A stretch of DNA of 40,925 nt from an uncultured Enterobacteriaceae bacterium (GTDB lineage: Bacteria > Pseudomonadota > Gammaproteobacteria > Eutrophobiales > Eutrophobiaceae): NCBI GenBank assembly GCA_964639535.1, contig CAZXDV010000001.1, positions 1 through 40,925 on the forward strand, given 5' to 3'. The position numbers and the translations under genes are program-made. Positions 1 through 10,031 of the stretch are shown piece by piece (positions within the stretch are counted from its first letter, which is position 1; each line of letters starts with the position of its first letter). Under the pieces are notes generated by a model. The model saw nothing but the letters and a program-made list of their open reading frames with translations, did no database searches and was not told the DNA's origin.

Positions 1-242
1 ATGGTGTTTCAATAGGTAAGGTTTTTTTTGGTGAATCGATGTTCAGCCGTCGCAGTGACGCATCGAAGGTAGCTCTTGCTCATCTCTCCGATACTCTGCT
101 AAGTATGGGGTTTCGACTGATTGACTGCCAGGTGCATTCCAGCCATTTGCAAAGCATGGGGGCCCAGCCAATGCAGAGGGAATTATTTGCCAGCATCCTC
201 GAAAACTTCTGTGATGATGACAAGCCGCCGAGCTGGCCCTGA
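1..242 (+). CDS. aat: Leucyl/phenylalanyl-tRNA--protein transferase, C-terminal part (5' end outside the window; codon phase starts at position 3)
   Basis: The frame is open from the window edge. The translation GVSIGKVFFGESMFSRRSDASKVAL...GFRLIDCQV carries the conserved FGESMFS..ASK.AL and LIDCQ blocks of Aat. It is followed by bpt and infA, as in many gammaproteobacteria. Confidence 0.85.
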   Translation, partial: GVSIGKVFFGESMFSRRSDASKVALAHLSDTLLSMGFRLIDCQVHSSHLQSMGAQPMQRELFASILENFCDDDKPPSWP

Positions 243-251
243 GAAGCAGAT

Positions 252-965
252 ATGACGATCGAACAAAAATTGAGCTTCTACGCTACGCCGCCACACGATT
301 GTAACTACCTTCCAGGCAGAAGTGCTGTGACGCTATTTGCTGATCCGAGATTTCCAAAAAATACCAGGCTTTATTCAGCGTTGGCCGACTGTGGATTTCG
401 CCGCAGTGGTGAACACCTTTACATACCTCATTGTGAGGACTGTAATGCCTGTGTGCCTGTCAGGATCCCGGTTAATGAGTTCGTAGCATCCCGGAATCAG
501 AAAAGAAACTGGAAATTAAACAGGGACCTCACAGTTGTTCAAAGACAGGCTGCATTTCGCAGGGAGCATTATTCTCTTTTTGAAAAATACCTTGCTCTCA
601 GGCACCCGGGTGGCGGCATGGATAACCCAACTACCGAGAGTTACATGGCATTTTTAACCGCAGAATGGGCACGCACTGTTTTTTTTGAAATCCGTGAGCC
701 AAAGGAAAACAAGCTTCTTGCAGTTGCAGTTTCGGACATCATGGACCAGGCGCTTTCCGCCGTATATACCTTCTTTGACCCACAGTATTCAAAAAGAAGT
801 CTCGGCCGCTTCGCCATCCTGATGCAAATCGAGCAGGCAAAAAAACTGAACATGAAGTGGCTATACCTGGGGTACTGGATAGAAAATTGCAAAAAAATGA
901 GTTACAAGGATGAGTACCGCCCAATGGAATACTTCAGGGAAAACCGCTGGTTTAACTCCCCCTAG
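252..965 (+). CDS. bpt: Arginyl-tRNA-protein transferase family protein / aspartate-glutamate leucyltransferase (Bpt)
   Basis: 237-aa ORF with the N-terminal Cys-rich ATE-type block (HDCNYLPGR ... PHCEDCNACVPVR) and the C-terminal ATE_C-like region (SAVYTFFDP..SLG). It has the aat-bpt-infA context. Confidence 0.9.
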   Translation: MTIEQKLSFYATPPHDCNYLPGRSAVTLFADPRFPKNTRLYSALADCGFRRSGEHLYIPHCEDCNACVPVRIPVNEFVASRNQKRNWKLNRDLTVVQRQAAFRREHYSLFEKYLALRHPGGGMDNPTTESYMAFLTAEWARTVFFEIREPKENKLLAVAVSDIMDQALSAVYTFFDPQYSKRSLGRFAILMQIEQAKKLNMKWLYLGYWIENCKKMSYKDEYRPMEYFRENRWFNSP

Positions 966-1049
966 CTCCATACCCATTGCGCCAACAAATTTTGCCTGTT
1001 CCCGGGAATTAGGGCAAAATGCGCATCTTTTAAATCAGGCACAGGTAAT

Positions 1050-1268
1050 ATGGCGAAAGAAGATCAAATTGAGATGGAAGGTACTGTCATCGAGACATTG
1101 CCCAACACCATGTTCAGGGTGGAGCTTGAAAATGGACATGTGATCACAGCCCATATTTCAGGCAAGATGCGTAAGCACTATATTCGAATCCTCACCGGGG
1201 ATAAGGTCACCGTAGAAATGACCCCCTATGACCTCAGTAAAGGACGCATCACCTTTCGAAACCGCTAG
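1050..1268 (+). CDS. infA: Translation initiation factor IF-1
   Basis: 72 aa. [30 protein letters not shown]...GRITFRNR is nearly identical to canonical IF-1. Confidence 0.97.
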   Translation: MAKEDQIEMEGTVIETLPNTMFRVELENGHVITAHISGKMRKHYIRILTGDKVTVEMTPYDLSKGRITFRNR

Positions 1269-1290
1269 CCTCCTGGCTTCTAACGCAATA

Positions 1291-2043
1291 TCACTTTCCC
1301 GCTATCATCGCTCGGGCACGAGCAAGATCTTCTTCAGTATCCACACCTATCCCGGACCTTTCACAGGCTTCGTCCACGTGAATATTGAAACCGTTATACA
1401 GGGCCCTTAACTGCTCAAGCTTCTCTTTCCTTTCCAGGTCACATTGCGGTAGATCAGTAAATTTCTTGAGAAACCCTGCTCGGTAAGCATACAGCCCCAG
1501 GTGTTTATAGTGCCGGAAACTTTCTGAACCATCGCCAGGATCTTCCTGCCAGGGCAACAGTGAGCGGCTAAAGTACATGGCATAATTATTGACATCCCTG
1601 ACAACTTTGACCGTCGCAGGATCATTCGCAAGCGAAGCATTTTCCAGCGCTTCGCACAGCGTCGCTATACTTGCACTTTTATTGAGACTTAAATTATCTG
1701 CGACCTGGTTTATCAACGCGGGCGCAAGATTAAACTCGTCTCCCTGGACATTGACTACGATAGTTCCGGCATCAAGGTCTTTTCTCTTGACGACCTCCGC
1801 AATCCTGTCTGTACCTGAGGCATGGTCGCTGGAGGTCATGATAACCTCGGCGCCAAATGAGCGCGCAAGATCTTCAATACGTTCGTCATCCGTTGCTATT
1901 ATGACTTTTTTCGCCTTGCTAGCAGAGGCAGATTCAAAAACATGTTGTAACAGCGTTCTTCCGCCGATATCAAGCAGGGGTTTACCGGGCAGTCGGCTAG
2001 CCCCATATCGACTGGGAATCACCACATAGAAATCATCACTCAC
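1291..2043 (-). CDS. kdsB: 3-deoxy-manno-octulosonate cytidylyltransferase (CMP-Kdo synthetase)
   Basis: N-terminus [22 protein letters not shown] is typical of KdsB. The GTG start at 2043 overlaps the upstream stop (GTGA). The lpxK-ycaR-kdsB order is conserved. Confidence 0.93.
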   Translation of the reverse strand: MSDDFYVVIPSRYGASRLPGKPLLDIGGRTLLQHVFESASASKAKKVIIATDDERIEDLARSFGAEVIMTSSDHASGTDRIAEVVKRKDLDAGTIVVNVQGDEFNLAPALINQVADNLSLNKSASIATLCEALENASLANDPATVKVVRDVNNYAMYFSRSLLPWQEDPGDGSESFRHYKHLGLYAYRAGFLKKFTDLPQCDLERKEKLEQLRALYNGFNIHVDEACERSGIGVDTEEDLARARAMIAGK

Positions 2044-2231
2044 TTCCTGAACTCTTCCAGTTCTTCATCGCTGAGTGCGCGAGCTTCATTTTCCAGCATA
2101 ATCGGAATGTCATCTCGTATTGGATACGCCAATTTTGCAGAGCAGGAAATAAGTTCCTGGTTTTGCTTGTCGTAAATCAGCGGCCCCTTTGTTACGGGGC
2201 AGACGAGTATTTCAAGTAGCTTTTTGTCCAT
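2040..2231 (-). CDS. Trm112/UPF0434 (YcaR) family small protein
   Basis: 63 aa. [14 protein letters not shown]...[10 protein letters not shown] is the Trm112-like motif. It sits between lpxK and kdsB, as in E. coli and Pseudomonas. Confidence 0.85.
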   Translation of the reverse strand: MDKKLLEILVCPVTKGPLIYDKQNQELISCSAKLAYPIRDDIPIMLENEARALSDEELEEFRK

Positions 2232-3210
2232 CTATCACTTCCTTTAGCAATACATTCAATCGGTGTTCAAACGTATTTGTCATTTGCACGTCTATCTTCA
2301 AATAATAGCAATTTTGCCCAGCAAAGCTGCGACATTTTACGGCATCTTTTTCAGTCATAATTACCAGTGAGTCATCATTGAATTCAATATCCAACTTCCT
2401 GAACTGGTGATGATCCGGGTATTCATGCTTGATAACCTGCGCTCCGAAACTCCTCAGGCACGAATAAAAACGCTGCGGATTGCCGATGCCTGCAACGGCG
2501 TGCACCGGGTTGCCTCTTATTGTCTCAAAATCTATTGTCTTGCCTTCATCCAGTAATGACACAAGTGCGACAGGCACATATTCCATGAGAAATTCGTTTT
2601 TCCCGGCACGGGCATTGGCAACCACCATGTCCACGGACTCTAGTCGTGCAATCGCTTCGCGCAGCGGACCTGCCGGCAGAAACTGGCCGTTTCCAAATCG
2701 CCGATCCCCGTCTATCACCGCAATTTCAAGGTCACGGAACAATTCAAGATGCTGTAACCCATCGTCACACAAAATAAGGTCGCATGCTCCAAGGCTTTGA
2801 AGTTCAAGCGCAGCCTGGTAGCGTGCCGGGGCTACTGCAACAGGGCAATGGGTTCTCTGGGCTATCAGTACCGGTTCATCCCCTACCTGGTTGGGATTAC
2901 TATCCGGCCTTACCTGCTGCGGCCACTTTTTAGAGCGCCCACCGTAGCCCCTGCTGATTATCCCCGGTCGAAGCCCGGACTTCTTCAGGTATTCAGCCAG
3001 CCAGATAATCAAGGGGGTCTTCCCCGTGCCACCCACGGTGATATTGCCAATTATGATGACCGGAATATTCACCTGCCGTGTTGGCAGGATTCCGCTAAGG
3101 TAAAGTAGACGCCTCAGCGTGGTAACCGCGACATAAACCCAGCTCAGGGGCAGTAATAACAGATATAAAAGATGCTCCTCGTACCAGGTCTTTTGCAAAA
3201 TGTTATTCAT
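2212..3210 (-). CDS. lpxK: Tetraacyldisaccharide 4'-kinase
   Basis: P-loop [17 protein letters not shown], followed by ISRGYGG and CDDGLQH blocks. The ORF track begins at TTG 3219. ATG 3210 (MNNILQK...) is the more likely start. Confidence 0.92.
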   Translation of the reverse strand: MNNILQKTWYEEHLLYLLLLPLSWVYVAVTTLRRLLYLSGILPTRQVNIPVIIIGNITVGGTGKTPLIIWLAEYLKKSGLRPGIISRGYGGRSKKWPQQVRPDSNPNQVGDEPVLIAQRTHCPVAVAPARYQAALELQSLGACDLILCDDGLQHLELFRDLEIAVIDGDRRFGNGQFLPAGPLREAIARLESVDMVVANARAGKNEFLMEYVPVALVSLLDEGKTIDFETIRGNPVHAVAGIGNPQRFYSCLRSFGAQVIKHEYPDHHQFRKLDIEFNDDSLVIMTEKDAVKCRSFAGQNCYYLKIDVQMTNTFEHRLNVLLKEVIDGQKAT

Positions 3211-3289
3211 CAGGCGCAAACTATTTCGACCTTTGCCTCACAAGTTCACAGGCATCATGAAACCGGGCCGTATCGGGTAACGTGATGTC

Positions 3290-3709
3290 TTATTCTTCGT
3301 CCATGGCTGTTGTGGCGAATGTGATTTTCACCAGGTCCAGTTGCCGCGCTGCGTCCATTACTCGAACTACTGCCTGGTGTGTAGCCTGGGCATCGGCGCT
3401 GATCAAAACCTGTGGCTCATCGAGATCGTAGGCTGCATTTCTAAGAGCTTCCCTGATCGTATTGATTTGCGTATTCAACAAGACCTGGTCATTAACGTAA
3501 ATTTTACCCTCTGCATCTATAGATATTTCAAGCTTATCAATTTCCACCTCAGTGTATTCTTCACTGGCTTCCGGCAAGGTGATATTAATTTCAGATTCCC
3601 TGTCAAAAGTTGTCGAGACCATGAAGAAAATCAGCAGCAAAAACACCACGTCAATCAGTGGCGTGATGTTGAGATCAACATCGTCTCTTCTCTGGGGACG
3701 AAGGTTCAC
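3290..3709 (-). CDS. exbD: ExbD/TolR family biopolymer transport protein
   Basis: 139 aa with the N-terminal block INITPLIDVVFLLLIFFMV, a single TM and a periplasmic domain. The GTG start overlaps the exbB stop (GTGA). Confidence 0.85.
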   Translation of the reverse strand: MNLRPQRRDDVDLNITPLIDVVFLLLIFFMVSTTFDRESEINITLPEASEEYTEVEIDKLEISIDAEGKIYVNDQVLLNTQINTIREALRNAAYDLDEPQVLISADAQATHQAVVRVMDAARQLDLVKITFATTAMDEE

Positions 3710-4341
3710 TCTATTTCTCCGTTATCGCTACCCTTTTCTCTCTGCCCATGCATCACCTCGATCATCTTCAATGCTTCCTGTTCCATGCTGACAATCAACT
3801 CGTCAACACGTCCACGAAAAAAGCGATAAAACATCAGTGATGGAATGGCAACTGTTAATCCCGCAGCAGTGGTTATCAGGGCTTCAGAAATCCCTTCAGC
3901 CAGGACGGCCGGATCTCCCACTCCCTGGGCGGTAATAACCGTGAAAACCTTGATCATTCCTATGACCGTGCCAAGCAGTCCAAGCAAAGGTGTAATGGAT
4001 GCGATAGTGCCAAGGGTATTGAGAAAACGCTCAAGGTCATGGGCCACGTGCCTTCCGACTTCCTCAATGCTCTCCTTCATCACTTCTCTTTCATGCTTGC
4101 GGTTGACCAGGCCCGCAGCCAGCACCCTGCCAAGCGGTGATGACACCCTTAAGTCCTGGATCCGCTTTGCATCAAGGTGCCCAACCTTTTCCCACTGCCA
4201 CACCTGGGTCACCAGGTTTCGAGGAGTGACCCTTTTTTTCTGCAAAGACCAAAGTCGTTCAGCCGCAATTGCCAGCGAGATGACTGAACACAGCAGGATT
4301 GGCCACATGATAAAACCACCAGCTTTGATTAACTCAAGCAC
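3706..4341 (-). CDS. exbB: MotA/TolQ/ExbB proton-channel family protein
   Basis: 211 aa. The C-terminal TM pair contains LGLLGTVIGMI and ISEALITTAAGL..AIP, characteristic of ExbB/TolQ. A GAGGAG Shine-Dalgarno (SD) lies 6 nt upstream of the GTG start at 4341. Confidence 0.85.
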   Translation of the reverse strand: MLELIKAGGFIMWPILLCSVISLAIAAERLWSLQKKRVTPRNLVTQVWQWEKVGHLDAKRIQDLRVSSPLGRVLAAGLVNRKHEREVMKESIEEVGRHVAHDLERFLNTLGTIASITPLLGLLGTVIGMIKVFTVITAQGVGDPAVLAEGISEALITTAAGLTVAIPSLMFYRFFRGRVDELIVSMEQEALKMIEVMHGQREKGSDNGEIE

Positions 4342-4396
4342 CTGTTACTCCTCAAAAATTGCACATTTTTTCGCATGTCTGCAGGTATTCATAGTG

Positions 4397-6679
4397 TCAG
4401 GGTGCTTTGCGGCTCCAGAAACGACTATTTTCCTGTCGATTCGTCGTCACAACAATACCATCATCCATCAATGCAATATCAATGGCGCCATGGCGTGACG
4501 TGTCCAGCACCCTGCTACCTGCCTTTTCGTAACGCCGGATTATATCCTGTTTTGGGAAACGGAATCGATTTCGATAACCCGTGGTAAATATGGAGATATC
4601 GGGTCTGACAGCCCTTACAAAGCCCACTGTCGAAGACGTCAGGCTGCCATGATGTGGCACAACCAGCACCCTGGAACGCAGTTTGTCCTGCTGATGCTCG
4701 AGAATCGCTCTCTCTGCTTTCCGTTCAATATCCCCGCTCAGTAACACAGAACCGAATTTACTCGAAATCTTTAATACACAGGAGGCATTGTTACCCTGGA
4801 ATGGCGTGTCTATTCCAGGATGGAGAATACGAAACTCCACTCCGTCCCAATGCCAGTAATCGCCTCGAACGCAGGGCTGCACCGGCGCCCGCGTGAATCC
4901 AATTGGCACACCACTTTTTATAGTCTTTATATCTATCAGCCTGTCCAGGGCGTCGAGCCCCCCGATATGGTCGATATCTGCGTGGCTCTGGACAAGCATA
5001 TCTACACTGTCCAAGCCCCTGCGTCGCAGATAGGGGTATATGACACCGCTACCTGCGTCAAAACGACTGCTAAATCGCGGTCCGGTATCAAAAAGAAGAT
5101 TATGCCCCCTGGTGATGACCATGGCTGCTGTGCCCTGCCCCACGTCAAATACCAGCATCCTGAACTCGCCATCATCCAGCCTGGCAGTTGAGGGCACAGC
5201 CAGTGGCAGTAACCAGAACAACCCTATCCGCCTGCTCGCCAGCCCGCCCGGCAGTAATAGTATGGCGGCACCGATAATAGTGCTTACCAGTGCCAACACT
5301 CCCGGAGACGGCACATCAATGCGACCGAGGGGTAAGTCGGCAAGGCCCTGCAAAAACGGCCAGAGTATCTCCAGGCTGCCAAGTGCGAGACCAAGCAAAG
5401 TGGAGGCGACACTTTCATTCACGAGCAGGAACAAGCTACCAGCCAGCACCAGTGGGACGGTAGTGAAACTGATCCATGGCACCGCAAGTGTGTTGGCGAG
5501 AAAGCCGTACAGCGGTACCTGGTTAAACAGGGATGCCAGCAGGGGTAACAGTCCCGTTGCTACAACAAGCTGTACGCGCCCCCATCGCCACCAGGGATTA
5601 CTCGTAGCAACCCTTGATGACATGGCAAACAGGATGACGCTGACTGCGCCAAAGGAAAGCCAGAAACCCGGTGATTGGCTGGAAAACGGATCAAGGAGTA
5701 AAACAAATAGCAGCGCCAGGCAAATTATCCAGGACACTTCAGCTTGCTTGCCCAGTAACTTCGCCCCTGAGTAGATGACCAGCATAAGTAAAGCACGCTG
5801 CGTGGGCACCGCGAAACCCGCCATGGCGGCATAACTTATGGCTACCACGAGAGACGCCAGGGTCGCAGCGGTTGGGGCCGGCATGTACCTGCTAAATGGC
5901 CAGAGCCAGCGGCAAAGGAAAAACCCAAATCCGGCAACCAGGCCAATATGTAAACCCGAGATCGCAAGCAGGTGACTTGTGCCGGTCGCCCTCAGTACCT
6001 GCCAGGTTTCACTTGGTACCTCGCTCCTGTCTCCCGTGACAAGGGCCGGCAAAAGCGCTCCAAGCTCGCTGTGTTTCCCGAGCGCCAGTAATTTATCTCT
6101 TAGATACTGGCGCAAAGAACCCAGGGTTGTCCCGCTTTCCTTTCGCAGCAGTTCGTTTCCTGCGTAAGCCTTTACGTACCCCGTGGCTCGAATGCCCCTG
6201 TGAAACAACCAGCCCTCATAATCAAATCCACCCGGGTTTGAAAAACCGCTGGGGCGTTTCAGCCTGACCATCAATTTCCAGCGCTCCCCTATCGCCAGCG
6301 CCTGCCGCCTGTTGAACCAGTTAAGCCTGATTTTACCCCTGAAATCGTGAGAAAAGCCGTCCAGGCCGGAAACCGAGTCAGCCAGGAGCTCAAAACGCCA
6401 GCTACGCGCATTCGAGGCAGGAAGAGAAGCAATTTCCCCCTCGACAATTAAATCCCGTCCTTCGAGTATGGATGGCAGTTCCTGCGAAAGTGATAGCGTG
6501 GCATGGAATAGTGCGACCAGCAGCCCTGCGCCGAAGTACGCGGCCAGTCTCAGTCGCGGGAACAGGTAGCCTGCGAGCACAACAGCAGGCAGGAAAAAAA
6601 CCAGGTAGCCCGGCGGTAATTCCCTGAGCCTGCAAAGTAGCAAAACACCAAGCAGGAAAAACATACATCCTGTACGCAT
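4397..6679 (-). CDS. comEC: DNA internalization-related competence protein ComEC/Rec2
   Basis: 760 aa. It has an N-terminal OB/DUF4131-like part, a polytopic competence domain and a C-terminal metallo-beta-lactamase domain (VFDVGQGTA ... LVQSHADIDHIGG ... VVPHHGS). Confidence 0.9.
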   Translation of the reverse strand: MRTGCMFFLLGVLLLCRLRELPPGYLVFFLPAVVLAGYLFPRLRLAAYFGAGLLVALFHATLSLSQELPSILEGRDLIVEGEIASLPASNARSWRFELLADSVSGLDGFSHDFRGKIRLNWFNRRQALAIGERWKLMVRLKRPSGFSNPGGFDYEGWLFHRGIRATGYVKAYAGNELLRKESGTTLGSLRQYLRDKLLALGKHSELGALLPALVTGDRSEVPSETWQVLRATGTSHLLAISGLHIGLVAGFGFFLCRWLWPFSRYMPAPTAATLASLVVAISYAAMAGFAVPTQRALLMLVIYSGAKLLGKQAEVSWIICLALLFVLLLDPFSSQSPGFWLSFGAVSVILFAMSSRVATSNPWWRWGRVQLVVATGLLPLLASLFNQVPLYGFLANTLAVPWISFTTVPLVLAGSLFLLVNESVASTLLGLALGSLEILWPFLQGLADLPLGRIDVPSPGVLALVSTIIGAAILLLPGGLASRRIGLFWLLPLAVPSTARLDDGEFRMLVFDVGQGTAAMVITRGHNLLFDTGPRFSSRFDAGSGVIYPYLRRRGLDSVDMLVQSHADIDHIGGLDALDRLIDIKTIKSGVPIGFTRAPVQPCVRGDYWHWDGVEFRILHPGIDTPFQGNNASCVLKISSKFGSVLLSGDIERKAERAILEHQQDKLRSRVLVVPHHGSLTSSTVGFVRAVRPDISIFTTGYRNRFRFPKQDIIRRYEKAGSRVLDTSRHGAIDIALMDDGIVVTTNRQENSRFWSRKAP

Positions 6680-6750
6680 TCCAATTCTTCCATGAGCTGA
6701 TATTCGGTTATAATAGCGTCTCTTTAGATGTGCGGTAAACTGGAAACAAG

Positions 6751-7287
6751 ATGGGATTAAGAGCGTTTTTCAAGCGGATGCTTCCAGAGCATCATGAGTT
6801 CCAGCAACACCGCAAGCTCGGATTCCTGGGCGATATCCTGCATGACCCAAACATATTTCACCTGAATCGCCATTCAGCCGCCGGCGGAATTGCCCTCGGC
6901 CTGTTTTTTTCGTTTATGCCCATCCCCGGGCAAACCCTGCTTGCCGGCCTGGCCGCCATTTATTTCAGGGTGAACTTGCCACTGGCAATGCTGTTTGTGT
7001 TTGTCTCAAACCCCGTCACCATTCCCCCGTTGTTTTACCTGGCTTACAGAACCGGTGCGTTCATGTTGCAGGAAACCCCGGTGGAGCTGGATTTCGAGTT
7101 TTCCGTGGATTGGCTTGGCGAGGTTATTTATGACATCTGGGATGCGCTACTGCTTGGCTGCTTTACGCTGGGCTCCGTGGCCGCTCTGGTGTCCTATTTT
7201 ACCGTGAGGATGTTGTGGCGAATGGCAATCATTCGCAAGTGGGAAGAAAGAAAGGAAAAGAATATGGCCAGGTCGGGTGAAAACTAG
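6751..7287 (+). CDS. DUF2062 family membrane protein
   Basis: 178 aa. The pattern HDPNIFHLNRHSAAGGIALGLFFSFMPIPGQ with 3-4 TMs is the DUF2062 signature as I recall it. Confidence 0.7.
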   Translation: MGLRAFFKRMLPEHHEFQQHRKLGFLGDILHDPNIFHLNRHSAAGGIALGLFFSFMPIPGQTLLAGLAAIYFRVNLPLAMLFVFVSNPVTIPPLFYLAYRTGAFMLQETPVELDFEFSVDWLGEVIYDIWDALLLGCFTLGSVAALVSYFTVRMLWRMAIIRKWEERKEKNMARSGEN

Positions 7288-7299
7288 GGCCCGGTTCAC

Positions 7300-7983
7300 T
7301 CACTGTTTTTCAAGCTTACCATCACGCAGGTCAAATACCGCATCCATCCTGTTCGCCAGGTTGGCATTGTGGGTCACCATCAGCAAGCTGACCTTGAACT
7401 CGGTATTCAATTCCAGCATGACCTCAAACACCTTTTGTGCTGTTTGTTCATCCAGGTTTCCCGTTGGTTCATCAGCCAGGATGCATTCCGGGCGGGTTAC
7501 CATCGCCCTGGCTATCGCAGCACGTTGTCTTTCTCCCCCGGATAACTCGCCTGGCTTATGTTGAAGCCGCTCCTGCAGCCCCACTTTTTCAAGTAAGCGG
7601 GTTGCCTCCTGCATCGCTGTGGTGGCGCTCTCGCCCCGGATCAACAACGGCAATGCAACATTTTCCAGGGCGGTAAATTCCGGCAGCAGGTGGTGAAACT
7701 GGTAAATAAACCCCAGCTTGTTGTTTCGCAGTTCGCTTTTTGCACGTTCATTGAGTACGGAAATGTTTTCCCCTCCTACCTGGATGCGTCCCTCGCTGGG
7801 ATCATCAAGCCCGCCCAGTAAATGCAGCAAGGTACTCTTTCCAGAACCGGAAGAGCCCATAATCGCGATCCTTTCTCCCGCGGCCACGGTGAGGTCAACA
7901 CCCTGCAAAACGTTAACTTTTAAATCACCTTCTTCAAAAGACTTATGCAGGTTGGTACAGCTGAGGGAGGCGACATCACTCAT
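7300..7983 (-). CDS. lolD: Lipoprotein-releasing system ATP-binding protein LolD
   Basis: Walker [10 protein letters not shown], signature LSGGERQR and Walker [12 protein letters not shown] are present. The likely start is ATG 7983 (MSDVASL...), which overlaps the upstream permease gene by 8 nt. The longer track ORF to 8070 is an artefactual extension. Confidence 0.9.
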   Translation of the reverse strand: MSDVASLSCTNLHKSFEEGDLKVNVLQGVDLTVAAGERIAIMGSSGSGKSTLLHLLGGLDDPSEGRIQVGGENISVLNERAKSELRNNKLGFIYQFHHLLPEFTALENVALPLLIRGESATTAMQEATRLLEKVGLQERLQHKPGELSGGERQRAAIARAMVTRPECILADEPTGNLDEQTAQKVFEVMLELNTEFKVSLLMVTHNANLANRMDAVFDLRDGKLEKQ

Positions 7984-9229
7984 AGCGCAAAGCCTCGGCT
8001 GGGTTGGTCGCAGACGCTTTCCTGGCGGGATAGATAGTGGAAAAAAGGCTAAACAGGAATGCCACGACACTTATCACGCTTACATCTGTCCAGTTCAACT
8101 CAGATGGTAATGTGCTGATGTAGTAAATATTCCCCGGCAGAAAATCTATGCCCAGCAGGTTTTCTATCGACTGCACCAGCGACTCAACATTTGAGGCGAG
8201 CCAGATCCCACCAACAACGCCAAGCAGGGTTCCGGTGACGCCAATCACGGTCCCCTGGATCATGAAAATCGCCATGATACTGTTTGGACTGGCGCCCAGC
8301 GTCCTGAGTATTGAAATATCAGACTGCTTGTCAGTAACGGTCATCATCAGCGTGGAGATAATGTTAAAAGCGGCGACAGCGACGATCAGCGTGAGGATGA
8401 CAAACATTACGATTTTCTCTGTCCTCAATGCGTGGAACAGGTTGGCGTGTCTTTGCGTCCAGTCAAGCACCCAGTAGTTTCCGGATATACTGCCCATGAC
8501 TTCCCTGCTTACGGCAGGTGCCTGCATGATGTCCACCGTCTTGATTCGAATTCCGTCAGGGCCGGTCTTTCGAAAAAGTTTTTTCGCATCATCCAGGTGT
8601 ATCAGGGCCAGTGCACCATCAAATTCCTGCATGCCTATTTCAAAAACTCCAACAACCGTGAAGCGTTTCAGTCTTGGCAATATCCCGGCAGGCGTAATAT
8701 TTGCCTGTGGTGCCACCAGGGTGACCTTGTCTCCCGGAATCACGTGAAGCGCATTGGAAAGCTCCAGCCCTAATATTATTCCAAATTCACCGGCCTCCAG
8801 GTTTTCAAATTTTCCTTCTATCATCTTTTCCGCGATGACAGATACTTTTGGCTCTTCCTCCGGCAATATGCCACGTATCACGGTGCCACTTACCTGCTGC
8901 TCATTAACCAGCATGCCCTCGGCTCGAAAATAGGGGGCGACGCCCGATATTTGCGGATGTTGCTGTACGATTCCTGCGACCTCCCTCCAGTTCGCCAGGG
9001 TGCCGCTTCTCTCCAGCACGGTTGCGTGTGAAGCCATTCCAAGGGTGCGGTCGGTTAACTCTTTTTGAAAGCCATTCATTACAGAAAGAACGGTGATCAA
9101 TGCAGTTACACCAATGGCGACACCGAACACCGATATAAGGGAAATAAAAGAAATAAAATGATTTCGGCGTTTCGCCCGCATGTAACGCAGGCCAATGAAT
9201 AATTCATAGGGGGCAAACATGTGTGGCAT
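7976..9229 (-). CDS. Lipoprotein-releasing system transmembrane subunit (LolC/LolE/LolF family, FtsX-like permease)
   Basis: 417 aa. It has N-terminal [15 protein letters not shown], a MacB-type periplasmic domain and a C-terminal FtsX domain ending [16 protein letters not shown]. An alternative start is ATG 9220. It is the only such permease gene adjacent to lolD. Confidence 0.88.
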   Translation of the reverse strand: MPHMFAPYELFIGLRYMRAKRRNHFISFISLISVFGVAIGVTALITVLSVMNGFQKELTDRTLGMASHATVLERSGTLANWREVAGIVQQHPQISGVAPYFRAEGMLVNEQQVSGTVIRGILPEEEPKVSVIAEKMIEGKFENLEAGEFGIILGLELSNALHVIPGDKVTLVAPQANITPAGILPRLKRFTVVGVFEIGMQEFDGALALIHLDDAKKLFRKTGPDGIRIKTVDIMQAPAVSREVMGSISGNYWVLDWTQRHANLFHALRTEKIVMFVILTLIVAVAAFNIISTLMMTVTDKQSDISILRTLGASPNSIMAIFMIQGTVIGVTGTLLGVVGGIWLASNVESLVQSIENLLGIDFLPGNIYYISTLPSELNWTDVSVISVVAFLFSLFSTIYPARKASATNPAEALRYE

Positions 9230-9348
9230 TATAAGCGACTCTCAAATGCCCTCAAGTCATTGGCACCAGTTGTGCTTACAGGCTAGGTTATTCGTCCCGA
9301 CCACTGTACAATTCGCAGCCGGGTTTTTTCTTTCATTCTCCCGTTCAA

Positions 9349-10014
9349 ATGAAAATACTTGCGCTGGATACTACAACAGAAGCCTGTTCCGCTGCCCTGC
9401 AATCGGGCAATGACATTCACGATCTTTACCAGGTCGCTCCCAGGCGTCACGCCGAGCTCATTTTACCCATGGTTGACGACTTGCTGGGGAAGGCCGGTCT
9501 TGAACTTGCGCAGCTTGACTGTATTGCGTTCGCCCGTGGCCCCGGGGCATTTACCGGGGTCAGACTCTGTACCAGCATTGCCCAGGGACTGGCTTTTGCT
9601 GCGGAAGTACCCGTGCTGGGTATTTCCACACTCGCTACCATGGCCCAGGGTTATTCCGGTGATGTCAGGACTATACTGGCTGCGATAGATGCGAGAATGG
9701 GGGAAATCTACTGGGGCCTTTTCCAGCAGGATGAGAAGCATTGTGTCCAGGCGCTGGGGTCTGAAGCTGTTTGCAAACCTGGCGAACTTGAAATAAGCCT
9801 CGATTCAGACATCTATGGTTGCGGGACAGGCTGGGGCAAATACGAAGACATTCTTTCACAAAAAACCAGCAAGCATCTCGTGGGCATTAATCCCGCGCAG
9901 TTACCCAACGCAAAAGATATGCTACCTCTCGCACGTGAAAGCCTGGAACAGGGGAAATCTTGCCTGGCCAAGCAGGCAATGCCGGTATATTTGCGAAACA
10001 AGGTGACCGGCTGA
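9349..10014 (+). CDS. tsaB: tRNA threonylcarbamoyladenosine biosynthesis protein TsaB (YeaZ)
   Basis: 221 aa. MKILALDTTTEACSAAL ... ARGPGAFTGVRL is the typical TsaB N-terminal ASKHA fold sequence. Confidence 0.9.
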   Translation: MKILALDTTTEACSAALQSGNDIHDLYQVAPRRHAELILPMVDDLLGKAGLELAQLDCIAFARGPGAFTGVRLCTSIAQGLAFAAEVPVLGISTLATMAQGYSGDVRTILAAIDARMGEIYWGLFQQDEKHCVQALGSEAVCKPGELEISLDSDIYGCGTGWGKYEDILSQKTSKHLVGINPAQLPNAKDMLPLARESLEQGKSCLAKQAMPVYLRNKVTG

Positions 10015-10031
10015 ATAGAACCAATCGGCGA

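Noticed and set aside
989-1020. Inverted repeat ATTTTGCC-N16-GGCAAAAT between bpt and infA as a terminator
   Set aside because: The stem is 8 bp and AT-rich, the loop is 16 nt, and no immediately following T-tract is present. This is not convincing as an intrinsic terminator, though it may be a minor regulatory hairpin.
3341-6167. Several long plus-strand ORFs (e.g. 3341-3829, 3845-4498, 5040-5774) antisense to exbD, exbB and comEC
   Set aside because: All lie antisense to genes with clear family signatures, and their translations are low-complexity (Ser/Pro/Arg-rich). They look like typical shadow ORFs. The same applies to 15221-17500 antisense to gcvP, 21079-21891 antisense to sdaA and 39929-40584 antisense to the FAD oxidoreductase.
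7984-8070. N-terminal extension of lolD in the ORF track (start at 8070)
   Set aside because: The extension overlaps the 3' end of the Lol permease gene and its translation ([13 protein letters not shown]...) is unlike ABC ATPase N-termini. ATG 7983 gives the normal distance to the Walker A motif.
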